From Eledone cirrhosa (lineage: Eukaryota), in contig OZ024740.1 of NCBI GenBank assembly GCA_964016885.1, forward strand, positions 356,934,001 to 356,998,000: a stretch of DNA of 64,000 bases, in the 5' to 3' direction. Made by a program: the position numbers and the translations under genes. Shown here piece by piece: positions 41,805-56,854 of this stretch (the stretch's first letter is position 1; each line of letters begins with the position of its first letter). The notes beneath the pieces are model-generated. The model did not search any database and was not told where the DNA came from. It saw only the letters and a list, made by a program, of their open reading frames with translations.

Positions 41805-42095
41805 TTTATTTTATTTTATTTTATTTTATTTTATTTTATTTTTTGATTTTATTTTTTATTTTATTTTATTTTATTTTATTTTATTTTATTTTATTTTATT
41901 TTATTTTATTTTATTTTAATTTTATTTTATTTTATTTTATTTTATTTTATTTTATTTTATTTTATTTTATTTTATTTTATTTTATTTTATTTTATTTTAT
42001 TTTATTTTACTTTACTTTACTTTACTTTACTTTACTTTACTTTACTTTACTTTACTTTATTTTATTTTATTTTATTTTATTTTATTTTATTTTTT
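41805..42095. repeat. (TTTTA)n/(TTTAC)n pentanucleotide microsatellite
   Basis: Direct reading. Confidence 0.97.
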
Positions 42096-42832
42096 AGTAG
42101 TATGTATAAAAGCCTTCTAATGTTTTTCATTGTCAGACGTCAAAAGATTAGATATCAGGTAATTTAATAACAAAGTTAAGGCAATCCTCTGCCGAAAGCG
42201 AGAGAATCTTCAACTAAATATCATGCAGGTTTTAATTATGTTCTAATATATTCGAATTTGAAATCATTGTCACCTTTACCTTTCATTGTTCCGAACTCGT
42301 AACAGAACCGATTCAATTGCTTCCATACATCTCCAATAAATGTCTGGCATTTTGTCAATGTGTAAAATCAATAATAATCATTTGGCTGAAATGGGCTTCA
42401 AATTAAATGCTGATGAATGAAGGAAACCAGGCTTTAAGAACTTTGTATTAACGTTTTCTACAGCATAAAGCCCTAAAGAAAAATCAGATCATGAACATAT
42501 ACAAATTCTATCGCAAGAAGGAAACTGCTTGAAAGGTTCCATTAGAAACCATTAGGCAGCTATTGTAAATTTCATTAATACTGCACAGTTGTTATAATAC
42601 CTTAGAGTCCATCAATCAAGGCAGGAAGATACAATGCATCATCAAAAGAATAACTCTTCTTCTTATTCCTTTTATAGATAAATAAATGAAACGAGGGAGA
42701 GAGTGGTGGATAAATAGAGAGAGCGAGAGAAAGAGGGAGAGAGGGAGAGAGAGAAAGAGAGAGAATAAACAAAGAGAAAGGCTGATTAACTGCTTGCTTG
42801 ATTGCTTGATTGATTCAATGAGAAATATAGAA

Positions 42833-43498
42833 ATTTACTGTACTAATTCTGTCAAGCTGCTTAACATTAATTAGGTACTGGATTGGCAGTATCGGTAGAG
42901 GGTCGGGCGCCATGCTTTGACGCATGGAGTTATGGCCCTTGCCATTCTGAGTTCAAATCCCGCCGAGGTTAACTTTGCCTTTCATCCTTACGGGGTCGAT
43001 AAAATAAAGTACCAGTAATACACTGGGTAATTGCTGGCCTTGTGCCAATAGTAGAAACAATTAATTAGGTACACGCTGAAATTTTATGTAGAAGAGGTAT
43101 AATCGACCGATTCGAGTCATCTATGACTAATACAAGCATTATTAAACCCAGAAAACCCAACAGATGTCAGTATTAAAAGAACAAGAGATGACTTGATTTT
43201 CCGTATTTAGTTTCGTTTCGTTGTGTTCCTCTATTAAAATCTCACTTCATCTTATATTCCTCCAGTATGGACAGAAGATGAAAATGCCCTAGTCTCTAAA
43301 TTTTCGTATGCCCTTGTGCCAAATGGTAAAAATCTATGTTACCTATCGTGGAACGCTGAATGTTGAAAGGAATATCGTTCTAGTGTTAACTCAAAATATA
43401 TAAAATCATATATAAACATTGTATGAGTTTGACATTTCAGCATTTCAGCCAGTTCACTACATTTGCTGATTGTATATTATTGATTTTAAGTACCTTTT
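42833..43498 (+). repeat. 666-bp segment (SINE at ~42875-43065 plus unique DNA) duplicated at 44682-45347
   Basis: Collinear match with a constant offset of 1849. Confidence 0.93.
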
Positions 43499-44599
43499 TT
43501 GGAATTTATTTGTTTAATTTCTATCTTTCTTCCTTTCTTTATTTCAATTTGTCATTATACGAAATTAGATTTTCTTCTTAAGGCCTAATTATTTTATATA
43601 AACTATTTAAAAATTTAATGAATACTCTAGTTTTCATTTATTTAGTTCTAACTCTTATTTACATATAATTATTAGCTTCAATAACAATTTCACTGGGAAA
43701 TATTATGGTTGTGAACGAGAAAATACATTAAATAAAACCTGATGTTTTCGTGCAGGCAAGAAACTACACTCAAACACAAAGTAGCTGGAAAACATAAATA
43801 TCTAATTACATTCATTTCTTATTCTTCTTAAGTGTAAGAGCAAAATTAATTATTTCTCTACCTAAATGCCTTTCGGTTACAGCAGATGGTTGAATTACTG
43901 TCCAGAAAAGTAATTAAAAGATCGATTAGTCTATAAGTAACTATGTTGTCGGAATAGATCAATAGCGCATCAAGACAGACCTAATTCTATTGAATTTGGA
44001 ACTTATTCAACATGTTCATGACAAAAGTTGGCATTTGTGCATAATAGATTTAGTTTAGATTTTTATTTAGGTGGTATGTAATTTCTTCCGTTGTCACTCT
44101 CCTTCTTTCCTGGTACCGGCTGTCGTTGAATGATTCAGTGTTTCCTATCCGGGAGCTAGAAACGTGTGGACAATATTTTCGTGCAGAAAATGACTATATA
44201 TCGCTCTGCTTATCTTGACTACATTATGCGTTAGGAACATTTTCTCTTCTATTCATGTAACCTGTATCTATGAAGCATAACAGAACAGTCGTCTAAAGGT
44301 ACAGACTTAGAAAAAGTACAAATTATACTAAATTAGATTAAATTTGAGATAGTTGAAAAAGAAAACAATTTCGTTTGTATATTCACCCATTTCTCTCCCT
44401 TGATACCCAATCAATGAATCGCTGCTACCTGAGTTTAGTTTACTTGTTTTGTTATAATTTTTCTTCGTGTATATAATATTCTACAGAAATTTCTGAATTT
44501 TCGCAGCAGACGAGGTATTTTTCCAAAGGGACTCATTATTACATTTGTTGTTTATCATTACACTGTTTCTCCTTACACTTGTTCTTAGAGAAATAAATT

Positions 44600-46700
44600 G
44601 TAGATATTACATGTCCAAGAAATCCATGCCTATAAACCATCTATTTTCATGGGCGATTTAAAGTTGAATGGCCGTAATGAGATTTACTGTACTAATTCTG
44701 TCAAGCTGGTTAACATTAATTAGGTACTGGATTGGCAGTATCGGTAGAGGGTCGGGCGCCATGCTTTGGCGCATGGAGTTATTGCCCTTGCCATTCTGAG
44801 TTCAAATCCCGTCGAGGTTAACTTTGCCTTTCATCCTTACGGGGTCGATAAAATAAAGTACCAGTAATGCACTGGGTAATTGCTGGCCTTGTGCCAAAAG
44901 TAGAAACAATTAATTAGGTACACGCTGAAATTGTATGTAGAAGAGGTATAATCGACCGATTCGAGTTATCTATGACTAATACAAGCATTATTAAACCCAG
45001 AAAACCCAACAGATGTCAGTATTAAAAGAAGAAGAGATGACTTGATTTTCCGTATTTAGTTTCGTTCCGTTGTGTTCCTTTATTAAAATCTCACTTCATC
45101 TTATATTCCTCTAGTATGGACAGAAGATGAAAATGGCCTAGTCTCTAAATTTTCGTATGCCCTTGTGCCAAATGGTAAAAATCTATGTTACCTATCGTGG
45201 AACGCTGAATGTTGAAAGGAATATCGTTCTAGTGTTAACTCAAAATATATAAAATCATATATAAACATTGTATGAGTTTGACATTTCAGCATTTCAGCCA
45301 GTTCACTACATTTGCTGATTGTATATTATTGATTTTAAGTACCTTTTCACTTATCCACACTGTGAGGATTGTTTCCAATGACATTGACATGAGGTTTGGC
45401 TTAGACAAGTGCAAATCATTGTCAATGAAAAAGGGCAAATTGGTTGAGATTGATGATATTAAAATGCTTTATGGAGAAAGAATGTCATAACTTGAAGAAA
45501 CAAGTAACAAATGTTATGTTGCAGAATGAAGGATTGAGAACAGGAGAAATGAAGGAAAAGATTGAAAAGGAGTACATCATGAGAGTGAGAAAACTGTCCA
45601 AGTGAAAACTGTATACAGGAAATTTAACATCTGGAATAAAACAATGGAGTAATGAGGTATAGTGCTGGAATAGTTGATTTGGCGAAACAAGGTCTTGAAA
45701 GAATTGATCGACGCAGGATCTTAACATGCATTGAGTGCTTAGACCTAAGAGCAGGTATTGCATGGCTGTACCTTAAGATGAAGGAGAGGTGTAATGTAGG
45801 TTGAGCAATGTAGACACAAGGAGTGCAACAGGTTGCGGGACCATCTAACATTAACTGAATAACCACTACTCAAAAAGGTTCTGAAGGAAGACCTTATAAC
45901 AGAAAGTCAAGTTACGAAAGCATTCAACAAAGCCTTTCAAGAGAAACAAGAACCGGTTTGGAAAGAAAAGGCTCTTCATGGCAAATTTCCAGCTGCCATT
46001 AAAACAAGGCTTTTGCTTAGTCAGGTTGGGTTAAAAAGATACTGAGCTTATTATTACTGTTGCACAAGACCAGGCACTCAGAACCAATTGGGTAAAAGCT
46101 AAAATCAATGGACAAAATTGCTCCTCTCTTTGCAGAGTAATCCTTAAAGCAGACGAATCTGTAACATATATTGCTAGTGGATGTGAGTAATTAGCAAATC
46201 GACGTTATAAAATCCGGAATTTAGCAAAAACAGTCCATTAAGAGTTGTGCAAAAATTACAACAAACTTTTCTTGAATCCTTCCTAACAGGAGAGGGAGTA
46301 GAGGTATTTTGGCACCACGAGATCAAGACAACCACCCTGATATTGTTGCAAAAACAAACAACCACCCCACAAATGGATTCTAATTGATATTGCAATCTCC
46401 CAAGATCACAATGTGGCTAAAATGGAAATAGAAAAACATCCAATAAGTTTGCAGACCTTGTAGGTGTTATTAGAACTGAGCAGTATGTAGAGATAGAAGC
46501 CGTGCCAATCGTCATTGTGGTGCTAAGCACGGTCATTAAACGCATTACATCTTTCATGAAAAGCCTTGGGATCCCCGGTTTCTTAGGCAGTGCCCAAATT
46601 TATACCATCACTAGCACTGCCAAATTCATGCGAGATATATAGAGCCTTCGAGATCAAGGACTGATCTGAGGCTAATTAACGTTTCACCTAGCAACTGATT
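44600..46700 (+). mobile_element. Old R4/Dong-like LINE interrupted by the 44682-45347 duplicate
   Basis: INHL..MGDLKLNGRNE | SLIHTVRIVSNDIDMRFGLDKC; later LHGKF, AQDQALRTN, LCR, IDIAISQD, VPIVIVVLST. Confidence 0.8.
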
Positions 46701-47324
46701 GCTAGAGAAACTTTACAAAAAGAAAATTAGTATTATTATCGGCGTCATCATCACCATCATCATCATTATTATTGAGGGCAGTGGATTAGCAGAATCGTTA
46801 GTGCGACAGATGAAATGCATTGCAGTATTTTGTTATAGCACTTTGATTTCTGGATTCAAATTTCATCGAGGTCAACTTTGCCTTTTATCTTTCAAGAGTC
46901 AATCAAATTTTGTGCCAAAAGTAGAAACAATTTTGTTTTTGTATATCTGTACATTCACATACATCCCACTTGGTCTCAACCAGGAGCCTGAGGTGGGTGA
47001 TGGTTTGTTATGATGCAATTTTTCTCAGCACCATAGATACTAGGTGGTATTTTGTTGAGAGTTTGAAAGAGCAAGTAACAATGCATCCTATACACACATA
47101 CACAGACACAAGCACACACAGAGAATATTCATAGATTCAAAAGGGCTATCTTTGTACAATATTTCTAGATACATATAATCAGTAAAGCCAATTAGAATAT
47201 TGACAGGTTACACATTCTTTTTCCCAATGTACATACATTTAAGCTAGATTTGAATACACAATTAATTCATGGCTAATCTTTGGTCCGTTGTTGTGTCATG
47301 ATACAACGTGGTTTGCTGTCTCAA

Positions 47325-47880
47325 TTACACTGACAATGCTCTTCGCAAAATGTGAGCTCCACTAGTGAGTAGGATTTTCTGAATTTCTTTTACATAAGGT
47401 TTACTTGTTTTATGATCCAAAGATTTGTCAGTTCCCTTGTTTATCAGGCCCAGTGCTCCAACTCTAACTGGGATAGTGATGGCTTTCATAACCTGCATTT
47501 TTTTATCTCTATTTACAGATACTTGTATTTTAACTTTTTCAAATATCTTAAAAGGTACATTGCAATCAGCAAGTAATGCCATGTCTATCATGAAACACAA
47601 TTTGTTGTTTTTATGATATCTAGTCTATTGGTTTTAATTGTCCTCTCCATGTGTATTGCGAAATCCCGCAGTATTATGACATTACCAATTTGTATTACTG
47701 GATCTGGTTGGTGTTGATAGTGGTTTTTCGTTGTTTCCTTTCCATAGAATTTTTCACATATTTTCCAGTGGGTAAACTGCGCCACTCTGTCATGTTTCTA
47801 TTTGTTTTTAGACGCGGTTAAGGTGGTGCAAGCAGATATTAGGTATTCCACTGTTTCAGTATTTCTGTCACAGAAACTGA
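47325..47880 (-). mobile_element. R4-like REL fragment
   Basis: IHWKIC-like, DFAIHMERTIKTNRLDI, CFMIDMAL, IPVRVGALG, ILLTSGAHILRRALS. Confidence 0.75.
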
Positions 47881-47884
47881 ATTA

Positions 47885-48065
47885 TTGGCAGTATCAGTAG
47901 AGGGTCAGACACCATGCTTTCCAGAATAGTTACATCCCTTTACGGTCTGAGTTCAAATCCCGCCGAGGTTAACTTTGCCTTTTATCCTTATGGGGTTGAT
48001 AAATAAAGTACCAGTAATGCACTGGGATAATTACTGGCCTTGTGTCAAAAGTAGAAACAATTATT
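47885..48065 (+). mobile_element. SINE (Nin/Deu-like domain); further copies at ~46775-46930, 48370-48515 and 56105-56315
   Basis: GAGTTCAAATCCCGCCGAGGTTAACTTTGCCTTT.ATCCTTA.GGGG. Confidence 0.8.
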
Positions 48066-48134
48066 ATCGCTCTGTCACTCAGTACTGATGGACAATGCAC
48101 CAGGGTATTTAGTCAACTGTCAAGTTGCAACAAG

Positions 48135-48365
48135 AACCTCAGACAGATAATACGTTCCTCAAAATATGTGCAGTACCTAGCAAAGCCGCCTTTTGTATGA
48201 CACCTAACCTGTGTAGTATTTCTGGTCGCTTTAATAAGTTTGAAATTTGAATGGGATTGACAACTAATGCCTCGATCACAACTAGTATCACTTTTACATT
48301 ACCCTCTTGCATTCCATATAGTCTTGCCAACTCCACATTCAATTCAGAATGCTTGGAGATATTTT
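48135..48365 (-). mobile_element. R4-like 3' fragment
   Basis: ELARLY..VILVVIEAL..IQKAALLGTAHILRNVLS. Confidence 0.7.
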
Positions 48366-51300
48366 TTATTTGATTTCAAATCCCACTGAGGTTAGCTTTG
48401 CCTTTCATCCTTACGGGGTCGATAAAATAATCGACCTGTAATGCATTGGAGTCGATTTAATCGACTTTTCCCTCCTTAAATATTGCTGGCCTTGTGCCTA
48501 TAGTAGAAATTATTATTATTACTGTTATCAAATTTTACAAGGTCAAAATGTCCTTTCAACGGTCTTGTTTCGGGATTATATTTTTGCGATTCTTTTCACA
48601 ATACGATGGCGGTTTCTGGCGACTTCTTTTTACATCAATTTGCTAGAATTGTATTACAGAAAAGCGAGCAAAGCTTTCTTTTTTTCTTCGTTCATTATGA
48701 CCAGCAATATAATATGTTTTTAACACTTTTCTGTTAATTAGCATTCAAGATGTCTATTTTGGCAATATTTTGTGGGTAGATACATGTAAGTAGCTTGCAT
48801 GGTAACCTTAACATATCCATTTGATACACATGACCACATAGTCCAACCACTGTTTCTTCATTTATCCAGAAATAGTCAACTGCAAATTATCCCATGCATT
48901 CGACGAAGTTATCGTATCTCAAAATTTTTCCACGTATCTAAATTACTCCAAATCTGTACAGGTTATATATTATCGATTTGTAATATTTAAGTTGGTCGAT
49001 CCACTACGCAGACAATAATGGATCCAGAACATATTCCTAGATTCATTTCGCTGTCAGCAATTTCACAATCCCCACGCAATTCAATCCCAATTAACTCTTC
49101 TGTCAGAATATGAATTAGTTTTTTTTCTCCATTAAGTTGTTGAATTATATTGAATCTGTAGATGTATGGTGTGTTTTTTGTTCGATAAGATGGATATTCT
49201 AATAGAATATTCATTTTATGTCAGTTTTGGAAAGAAGTATCTCGGAGTTTCAGCCACAATCAGTGACAATCTTCTTGAATCTATCTCAAAATCATTTTCA
49301 GCAGAGTAAAACGATTCACTAATGTAATATGGTCTTCAGGTTCATGTTAAGGATTCATAATCTTGGACCAGTAAAAATGATTTAAGCGTAGTTAAACAAC
49401 AGACGTGGTATATTATAGTCAGGGCTGGAGTTCGTTCGCTCTTTTTATTCCTCAAGTAGCACTTCAAAAGCAAACATGAACAAGAAAGTAATGAAACATT
49501 TATCTCACGGTTTCAAGTAAACTTTATTACAATTAGCCGGCAAAGGTTAATAGACGATAATCATTGTTATTCATATCCTCAACCAAAGTTGTCCAGAGCG
49601 GATTTCAAAACTAATATTTGAGATTTATTATACACATTAGCGTCTCCAGACATGGTGATACGGTCTTTAAGAGATACTGTATCGATGACGATTTGAAGAA
49701 CTGCCAAAATTGTCTTTGTCGTTGTCAGCACTTATCTCCGAGTGAGAATATTATTCTTCAATATTTATTCAATTCATACCAGATAGAGCAAATACTGCCT
49801 GACGACTTAAAAGAAAAGGGAAATTACAGACACAATTAACTGTACGATTGTCGAGGATAAACTCAACGCTTTTATAATACTGGTCATCTCCAGAACATCA
49901 CAGTTCAAACCAGTCATGGCAATTAGAACTACCACTATAATTCTTAGTTTAGTCAATATTGTAATCAAGATGTGATACTTGAGTAGTTCTCCAGCCGTAA
50001 TATATTTTGTTCAAATTTTATTTCATTCACAAAGTTGCAATTTTACGATTATATGGGGTTGTATTTGAAGTTAAAATGTATAGTGTATTGTTTTGTGTGT
50101 TTAACAGGGGCAAAATAATTAATATTTGTAAACTTGCAAAAATCAGCCGCTCAATTATTAAAGATAGCTTAATTTCTGGTTGTGAACTTATAAAATGTTC
50201 TAGATGTGGTTAAATTATCAATATCTATTTACATAACCATGTACTATGGGTTGTCATACTCTCTCATTGAGTCAAAAACCTCTACCATTCCATTCAATCT
50301 AGGTGTGATAAGCTGTTATGTAATATTATTTACATGAATCATTCTATCGGGTATTCTACTATTTCACTCATCGGGATAAAATGTATTTCATAATATTATT
50401 TTTAGCAACAGATTACTTATAATGATAGCATCACAAAGTCACAAATGTGTATGGTAAACAATGCCCACGGACTTCTTGTATATGAAGAATATATAGTGAA
50501 GTGCAGAGCTAATCACGTAAGGCAGTGAACCGAAATTGCATCCATAATGAGAAGAAATGCCATTAGTGGTAATAAAAATTCTTGTCACGGAAGGCAAAAG
50601 TAAGAACACAAAAATTTCAATTGATATAAAAATTGATGAAAAGTTGAATGAGCATATGCATTGGGGGGGGGGGAGATCTTTGATAACTATGGTGATAACT
50701 CCAGTTGTGACTAGTACTTGTTTCATTAATTCCTCAAAGGATGAAAGGCAAATAAATATATTTATGAATATATGATCCTCTATCGGTTTCGACGATGGAC
50801 ATTCATTTGTTCGATCAACAGAATTTCTATGCAATCTTCAGGCTGAATCAGCTTGACACATTAGGACAAAACGAAGATATAATCCAGAGAAAAGAGATAA
50901 ATATGTAAAGAGGGGAGAATCGATCCTAGTACTTGATTTATATTGTATTTATTGACCCACAAAGAGATGTAACACAAAGTTTACAAATACAGCAAGACAG
51001 CCAATTCAACACTAACAATTCTGCCAATTCGTTGCCTCTCATCAATATACTTATGTGTATAGTATGACAAGTGACATATTTGATTATCTCAAAACAATAT
51101 TTTTAATTTGGACGGCAATTTTACGGCTATGGTAGCCATGTATTATTGGAAAACATATATGCATATAATTCATATATACGCATGTGTTTGTGTCTGCATG
51201 TATGTGTGATTGTGTATTTGTGTATGCGTATGTGTGTAAACATGTGCATTTAGAAGTCTATGATTTCAGAAACAGACATGACATTTTCTCTCCCTTTCAT

Positions 51301-52041
51301 TCTGTGTGTTTGTGGTTGTGTGAGTGTTTATATGTGTGTGTGAGAGAGAAAGAGAGAGGGGGGGAGAGAGAGATTACGAGTCACTGTACCAGCGTATTTG
51401 TGCATTCTTTCTGTGCTTCATTGAAATGTTAGAGTTTGTTTGTTATCAGTGTGTATATATAGAACATCATGAAACTATCTAAAAACTTAAGTTATTTAGT
51501 TTAACAAATGCTTTTTCTACATATTCGGCACTCCAGTCCACTGCTAGTGCAATGATAAATATTACTATTTGTACTTGGATACATTGAGAGCTGTCACACT
51601 CAACATATGGTGTCTCTTAAATTATTAATTTACTTTGGTATGAATACAGGGGGGAGGGCGTGAAAATGCAGTGACATTAATACCTTTCCTAATGATACTA
51701 TTTTTCTTTTCCGTTTAATTTTTTTCCTGTTCTTTGTCAATGCACGAAATTATTACTAGCAATGAATATAAGACCTCTTGAACTCTGTAATGCCCAGAAA
51801 GAGAAAGAATAAGGGAGAGAAAGGGAAAGAGTGGAGAGAGAGCGAGGCAGAGTGGAGAGGGAGAGGAAGAGAAAGAGGGGGTGAGTGGAGAAAAAGATAA
51901 ACAGTGAGAGATATAAAGATAGAGAGTTTTTGAGAGAGCGGGAGAAAGACAAAACAGTAACAGAGATAAACAGAATAAGAGAGAGAGAGAGACTGATGCA
52001 GAAACACACAGTGAGCGAGTGACAAAGAGAGAGAGAGAGAG

Positions 52042-52108
<67 letters not shown>

Positions 52109-52559
52109 CGGTGAGAGATAAAAAAGCGAACCAGTGAGCACGCACTGCGACGAAATACGAACAATTTCATATTCAGTTGGTAAACCGACTCCCTTCCAAC
52201 ACAGCCAGCTGTGAACCAACATTTCAAATGAAAATATCCTATCAAGTCAACACTTAACATTAAAGATATTTGCGTTAAATATTCGTTGCATATAATATAA
52301 TATCAAAATTGATTTCTTATAATGGTCACCAGACATCAGATAGGACTTGAAGGCATAATGTTTAGAAACAAAAACAGAAGCGGGAAGATGCCATAAGCAG
52401 TCTAGGCTGGGTATATTTTATACTACTACTTGAATCAGTGAGACACAGTGGGCTAGATTATTTGTCACTATAGAGAGGGAGTGAGAGAACACATCAAAAC
52501 GAACAACTGACGCTGCACACCAGGTCCGAACGCAGAAAAGCCGAACTCCTATTGTCATC

Positions 52560-53340
52560 GCTTTCATCTCTCTCTATTATGAGCAAATGGGGTCCCACCT
52601 GCTGGCCGCCCCACGGTCCCGGTGGACAGAATGGAGAACGCGTTTCCCCGGAGAATGGTAAAGAAGATGCGCTGGAAGAGCCATTCCATCTCGCGAGGTT
52701 CACACCTGCGGCTAGCTAGCTCAGCACCTATGGTGGTAAGTAGGGAGGTAGCCCTAGGGCCAAGAACACCAGAAGTCTCCACTTCTAGGGGCTCGACTAC
52801 AAACCTGTCGGAGAGCGACCAATACTTGGAGAGTTTACCCTCCTCAGCCCGAAGTGAAGCAGACCCTGTGTTAGTCGTAGACTGCTCCAGGTTGCCGCTG
52901 GAGAATGTGTCGCTGCAAGTGGCATCCCAGACGAAGGGTTTACCACCGCGGAATGGGGAGATGGTCATGCTTTTGCCGTCCCCTCGGTTCAGCCCCACCG
53001 GCTCTATCTAAGAGAGGAAGACTGCAGCATTCAAGCCATGCTTTATGACCTGTTGAGGGCAGCATGGCGTGGAAGGCGGCCGGCACTGTAGTGACAGGAA
53101 AGAGGGTGGAGGCCGAAAGAGTCCACGGTGGATCCACAGCTACATTTGTGTGACTCGCAGATCCGGAGGCCAAGCTCCAGAGAAACCTCGATGCGCAGGC
53201 TATCATTGTTCAGCTGCGTGCCTGTGGCAAAGGAGGGTAAGCCAGGCACCGCTGTGGGGCTGTGAGGCCGCGTGAAAACATGCAAGGTGGTGCCGGTTGA
53301 GCTGGCGTGTTAGTCTGTCTGAGGCCAGGATGCACCATTC
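52560..53340 (-). mobile_element. CRE-clade non-LTR retrotransposon 3' fragment
   Basis: [27 protein letters not shown]; GKPFVWDATCSDT, AEEGKLSKY, PLEVETSGVLG, QRIFFTILRGNA. Confidence 0.85.
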
Positions 53341-56300
53341 AGAATTGTTTCGTGTCATTGCTTGCTTGTATTGCATGTTGAAAACCTAAATTGTTAATGC
53401 CCATGATAATTTAAGTTGCATTAACAGCATTAGATTTTCAATATTTCCGCTTATTATTTATAGATCGTATAATGCTTAGGGAGAGAAAGATGTGCAGCTC
53501 CGATGAGCTTTATGAAGACACCCGGGATCAATGAGAGATGATTATTCTCGCTCCAGAGACTTGGCTCTAATTCTCCCCAAGGTGTACTGCGCTAAAGACA
53601 CCCAAGGGCAGATGGTTGTGTTAAACCGGACGATGGAGTTCTTTTTATAGTGGTTACCCCTGTAGATCGAAAGGTAAGCTCAAGGCAAGTCTAAACTGCG
53701 AACCAGTATATAATCCCCGGTTAAAGTCAATTCTCTTCCTTTATACCGCGTAAGCCTTTGAGGTTAGTTACAAGTTCCCACTTCCCATTTATAGTCCCTT
53801 TCTTTTTAGTATAGAAATCTGAAAATAATGTTGTACGCAGCAAGCAAACTGAGTTCCCAAAACGCCTTCGATCCTTGGGTTTTTGTGATTATCCCTTAAC
53901 TGGCCTCACTAAAGCCGTAGCGAGAGAGTAGAAAACACAAAGTAGATGTAGTGGCATTTCATCCGAAATCATAGATGGGACAATATAAATATTTATATCA
54001 AAGATATTATTTTGTTTAAAATAGGAACTAAAGAAGGCTGTCATGTTTCAATTGGAAACTACTATTAGGAAGTTCATACCTCACCAGCGGGAAGTAATTG
54101 AAATGACTTCAGCTAGAAATTGAAATCACTACGTGTATTCTGCTTGCAGGGAGCTTACATTTTTTTCGATACTATACTCGATATTCTGTAGCATGAATAT
54201 TATAAGAAAATATTTCGTACTGTTAACTCTCCACTTCTGCATACTTTAAAAATATCAATTTGATATTCTTTATCAACATGATGACTAAAAAACATATTAT
54301 TCCTCTCAGTTTATAGCTAAAATGAAGCTCTAAATATCTAAATATGTTTGTTCTACTCTATTTACAGACTTGAGGGCTCGATATGGTTGGCAAACATGCA
54401 GATACCATTGCACATAAAATATATATTGACTCCACGCATTGAAAGCAGCAAGAGAAGTTGTATCTGCAAAAAAGCTCATGCAGTTAGTGCCATTAAATAG
54501 CAAAATATGTCTTTGGTTATTACCAAAAGGAATTACGTTCAAAACTATATTTGCGCTGTGTTTGTACATGGTGTTCTTTTCTTTCTTTTTTTTATCGCGT
54601 CAATCCATACCGAGATACAGTGAACCAACCATTAAGCGTAACATGTTAATGTCCATATGCTGAGATTTAATAAACTATAGTGTAAATTGAGATTCAACAC
54701 CGACAGCAGCAACCAAAAAAGAAGTTATTTACGGAAACCTGAACATAATACATAATGTCTAGCGTTATTTTTATGCTTGTTTGTTGTTGTTGTTTTTGAG
54801 AATTTCTATATTATATGATACTTGCTCTCACTAAAGATTGCAATGGATATAAATCTATTATAGTCGATATTTCATGTAAACGTATTTTCCTATCCGTCTA
54901 AAACTACTAAAACTGCTGTTTTCAGATGGAATAGTGCCGGACTTAAATCATAAATGATGATGGAGAAAAAATGTATATGAGTCACATACACGTTCCATTG
55001 GACACAGATAAATTTTCCCTTTTATATTATACCACAACCACGAAATGGTAGTCTGATAATATGTATAAAATGTAAATAATGCATTCATATTCTAATGATG
55101 AATTTTCAACAAACATTTTTATTGAAACTCAATCAGTTTATAGCGCTGTCAGGAAACATTGTTATAACAGCTACGTAGTAATGCATCACTCCCCCACACA
55201 CAAACAGTCAAACACACATACACACAACAATACGTTCAAATACATGAGTTTGATATAAGACATAGATATTGCAGATGACAATGAGAAACTGTCATGTGAT
55301 TATGTGGTATGTCTTCCTTGGCAGAAATTACCTTTTTCTAATTAATCAATCAATTTCCCCACAACTAGTGCAACCAGTTGTTTGGGGTAACACCCTAGAC
55401 ATCTGACAGTCCAGCATAGCATTTCAGTGAGCCTTAGAAATATTTGTTGGGCCTCATATTCGTCCTATATATTTCTACCTAAAGACAAATGAACCAATTG
55501 AATAGTTTTCTTGAAAGTAAGTCTTTTGAACCTCTTTCAATTTGGTGTAGCTAACTTTGATATAGTTCAGATTTGCTGCCTTGTCCACACCATTCTATAT
55601 TCGATTATAACGAAACGATATATCAATTTTTACTCCTTTTTCTCTCCCTATCTCTTCCTGGGAGCTAACGAACATACAAGCACTATAGTACCAACTGTGT
55701 AACATTTGCTTAAATAACTCGATTATATTTCTAACCAAATCTTACCAGCTTCAAATTCTTTTATCTCTCACAAACATTTACTTCCCCCTAAATGTCTGCA
55801 GATTATATAGTGATGCTTTTTTCTATATTTACTTTTATACTTTACTTTCCTGTTCATAGAAGAATGTAACTATGTAGAGTTACTTCAGAAGTCATAACGG
55901 GAATTTTAAAATGATTGCTTTTACTAAATAGAAGTAAATAATTATATTTCCTCCTTCACTAAATTTTTAACGTTTGCTGATTTAAATGCTAAACCCGTAG
56001 CTGTGTTGTTTTTAACGCATGTTTGGTTTCATTAAGATATGCAGTTTTCTCTTAAATCATTAGCGCTGATTAAACCCATTAATTTTGAATTAAATTACTT
56101 TCATAGGCAGTACCGTTAGAGCGTCAGACAACATGCTTTGCAGCTAGTTACGGCCCTTTACGATCTTAGTTCAAATCCCCGCTGAGGTTAACATTGTCTT
56201 TCAGTCTTACCAGGTCGATAAAATAAAGCACCAGTAACGTACTGGCTCGATTTAATCGACTTTCCGCTTACCTTCAAATATTTCTGGCCTTGTGCGAAAT

Positions 56301-56854
56301 GTAGAAACAATTATTTTTCTGTCATTTTCATACTATAATACACAGAACCTAACATTCAATTCAACGTAAATATTAGTAATTGATAAATTGATGGCCACTA
56401 ACATTAAGATGAACTTTAAATTTTCTTCTTCGTGTCTTGAAATCCTATAGCAACTTCTGCAATCACGTCTCTAAAAATTCAATCTAAACTGGTTGGACAT
56501 GAGATTTGACTGCTTTGAACAATCTGTGATATTCTTCTCATTGTACTTTTGATGACATTTCGGTTAAAGTGAATACAGAACCCGCACATTACTTTCTATA
56601 ACTGCTTTCAATTTTGCTGAAAATATTTTCCCTTTAATAAGATGGACGCCAGTTTCTGTTCTTTCAGAAATCACTCCAGCCCACAGCCCTATCATGCACA
56701 ATATCCCAAATATGTATACATGAATACAAGTATTTAGCATACATACACGGGGAAAAGACAGCAACCAAACTTTTTCAGCAAATTTCCTTTTATTTGGTCG
56801 GCTATGCTGCGTCCAGGGCCAAAGCCTCACTGTTCATCAGCTAGCTTGGACTCG

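Noticed and set aside
42410-42432. CTGATGA..GAAAC hammerhead-like motif
   Set aside because: No helix II or helix I pairing; chance match.
53460-53960. Possible solo LTR or unknown repeat
   Set aside because: No TG..CA ends, TSD or second copy identifiable.
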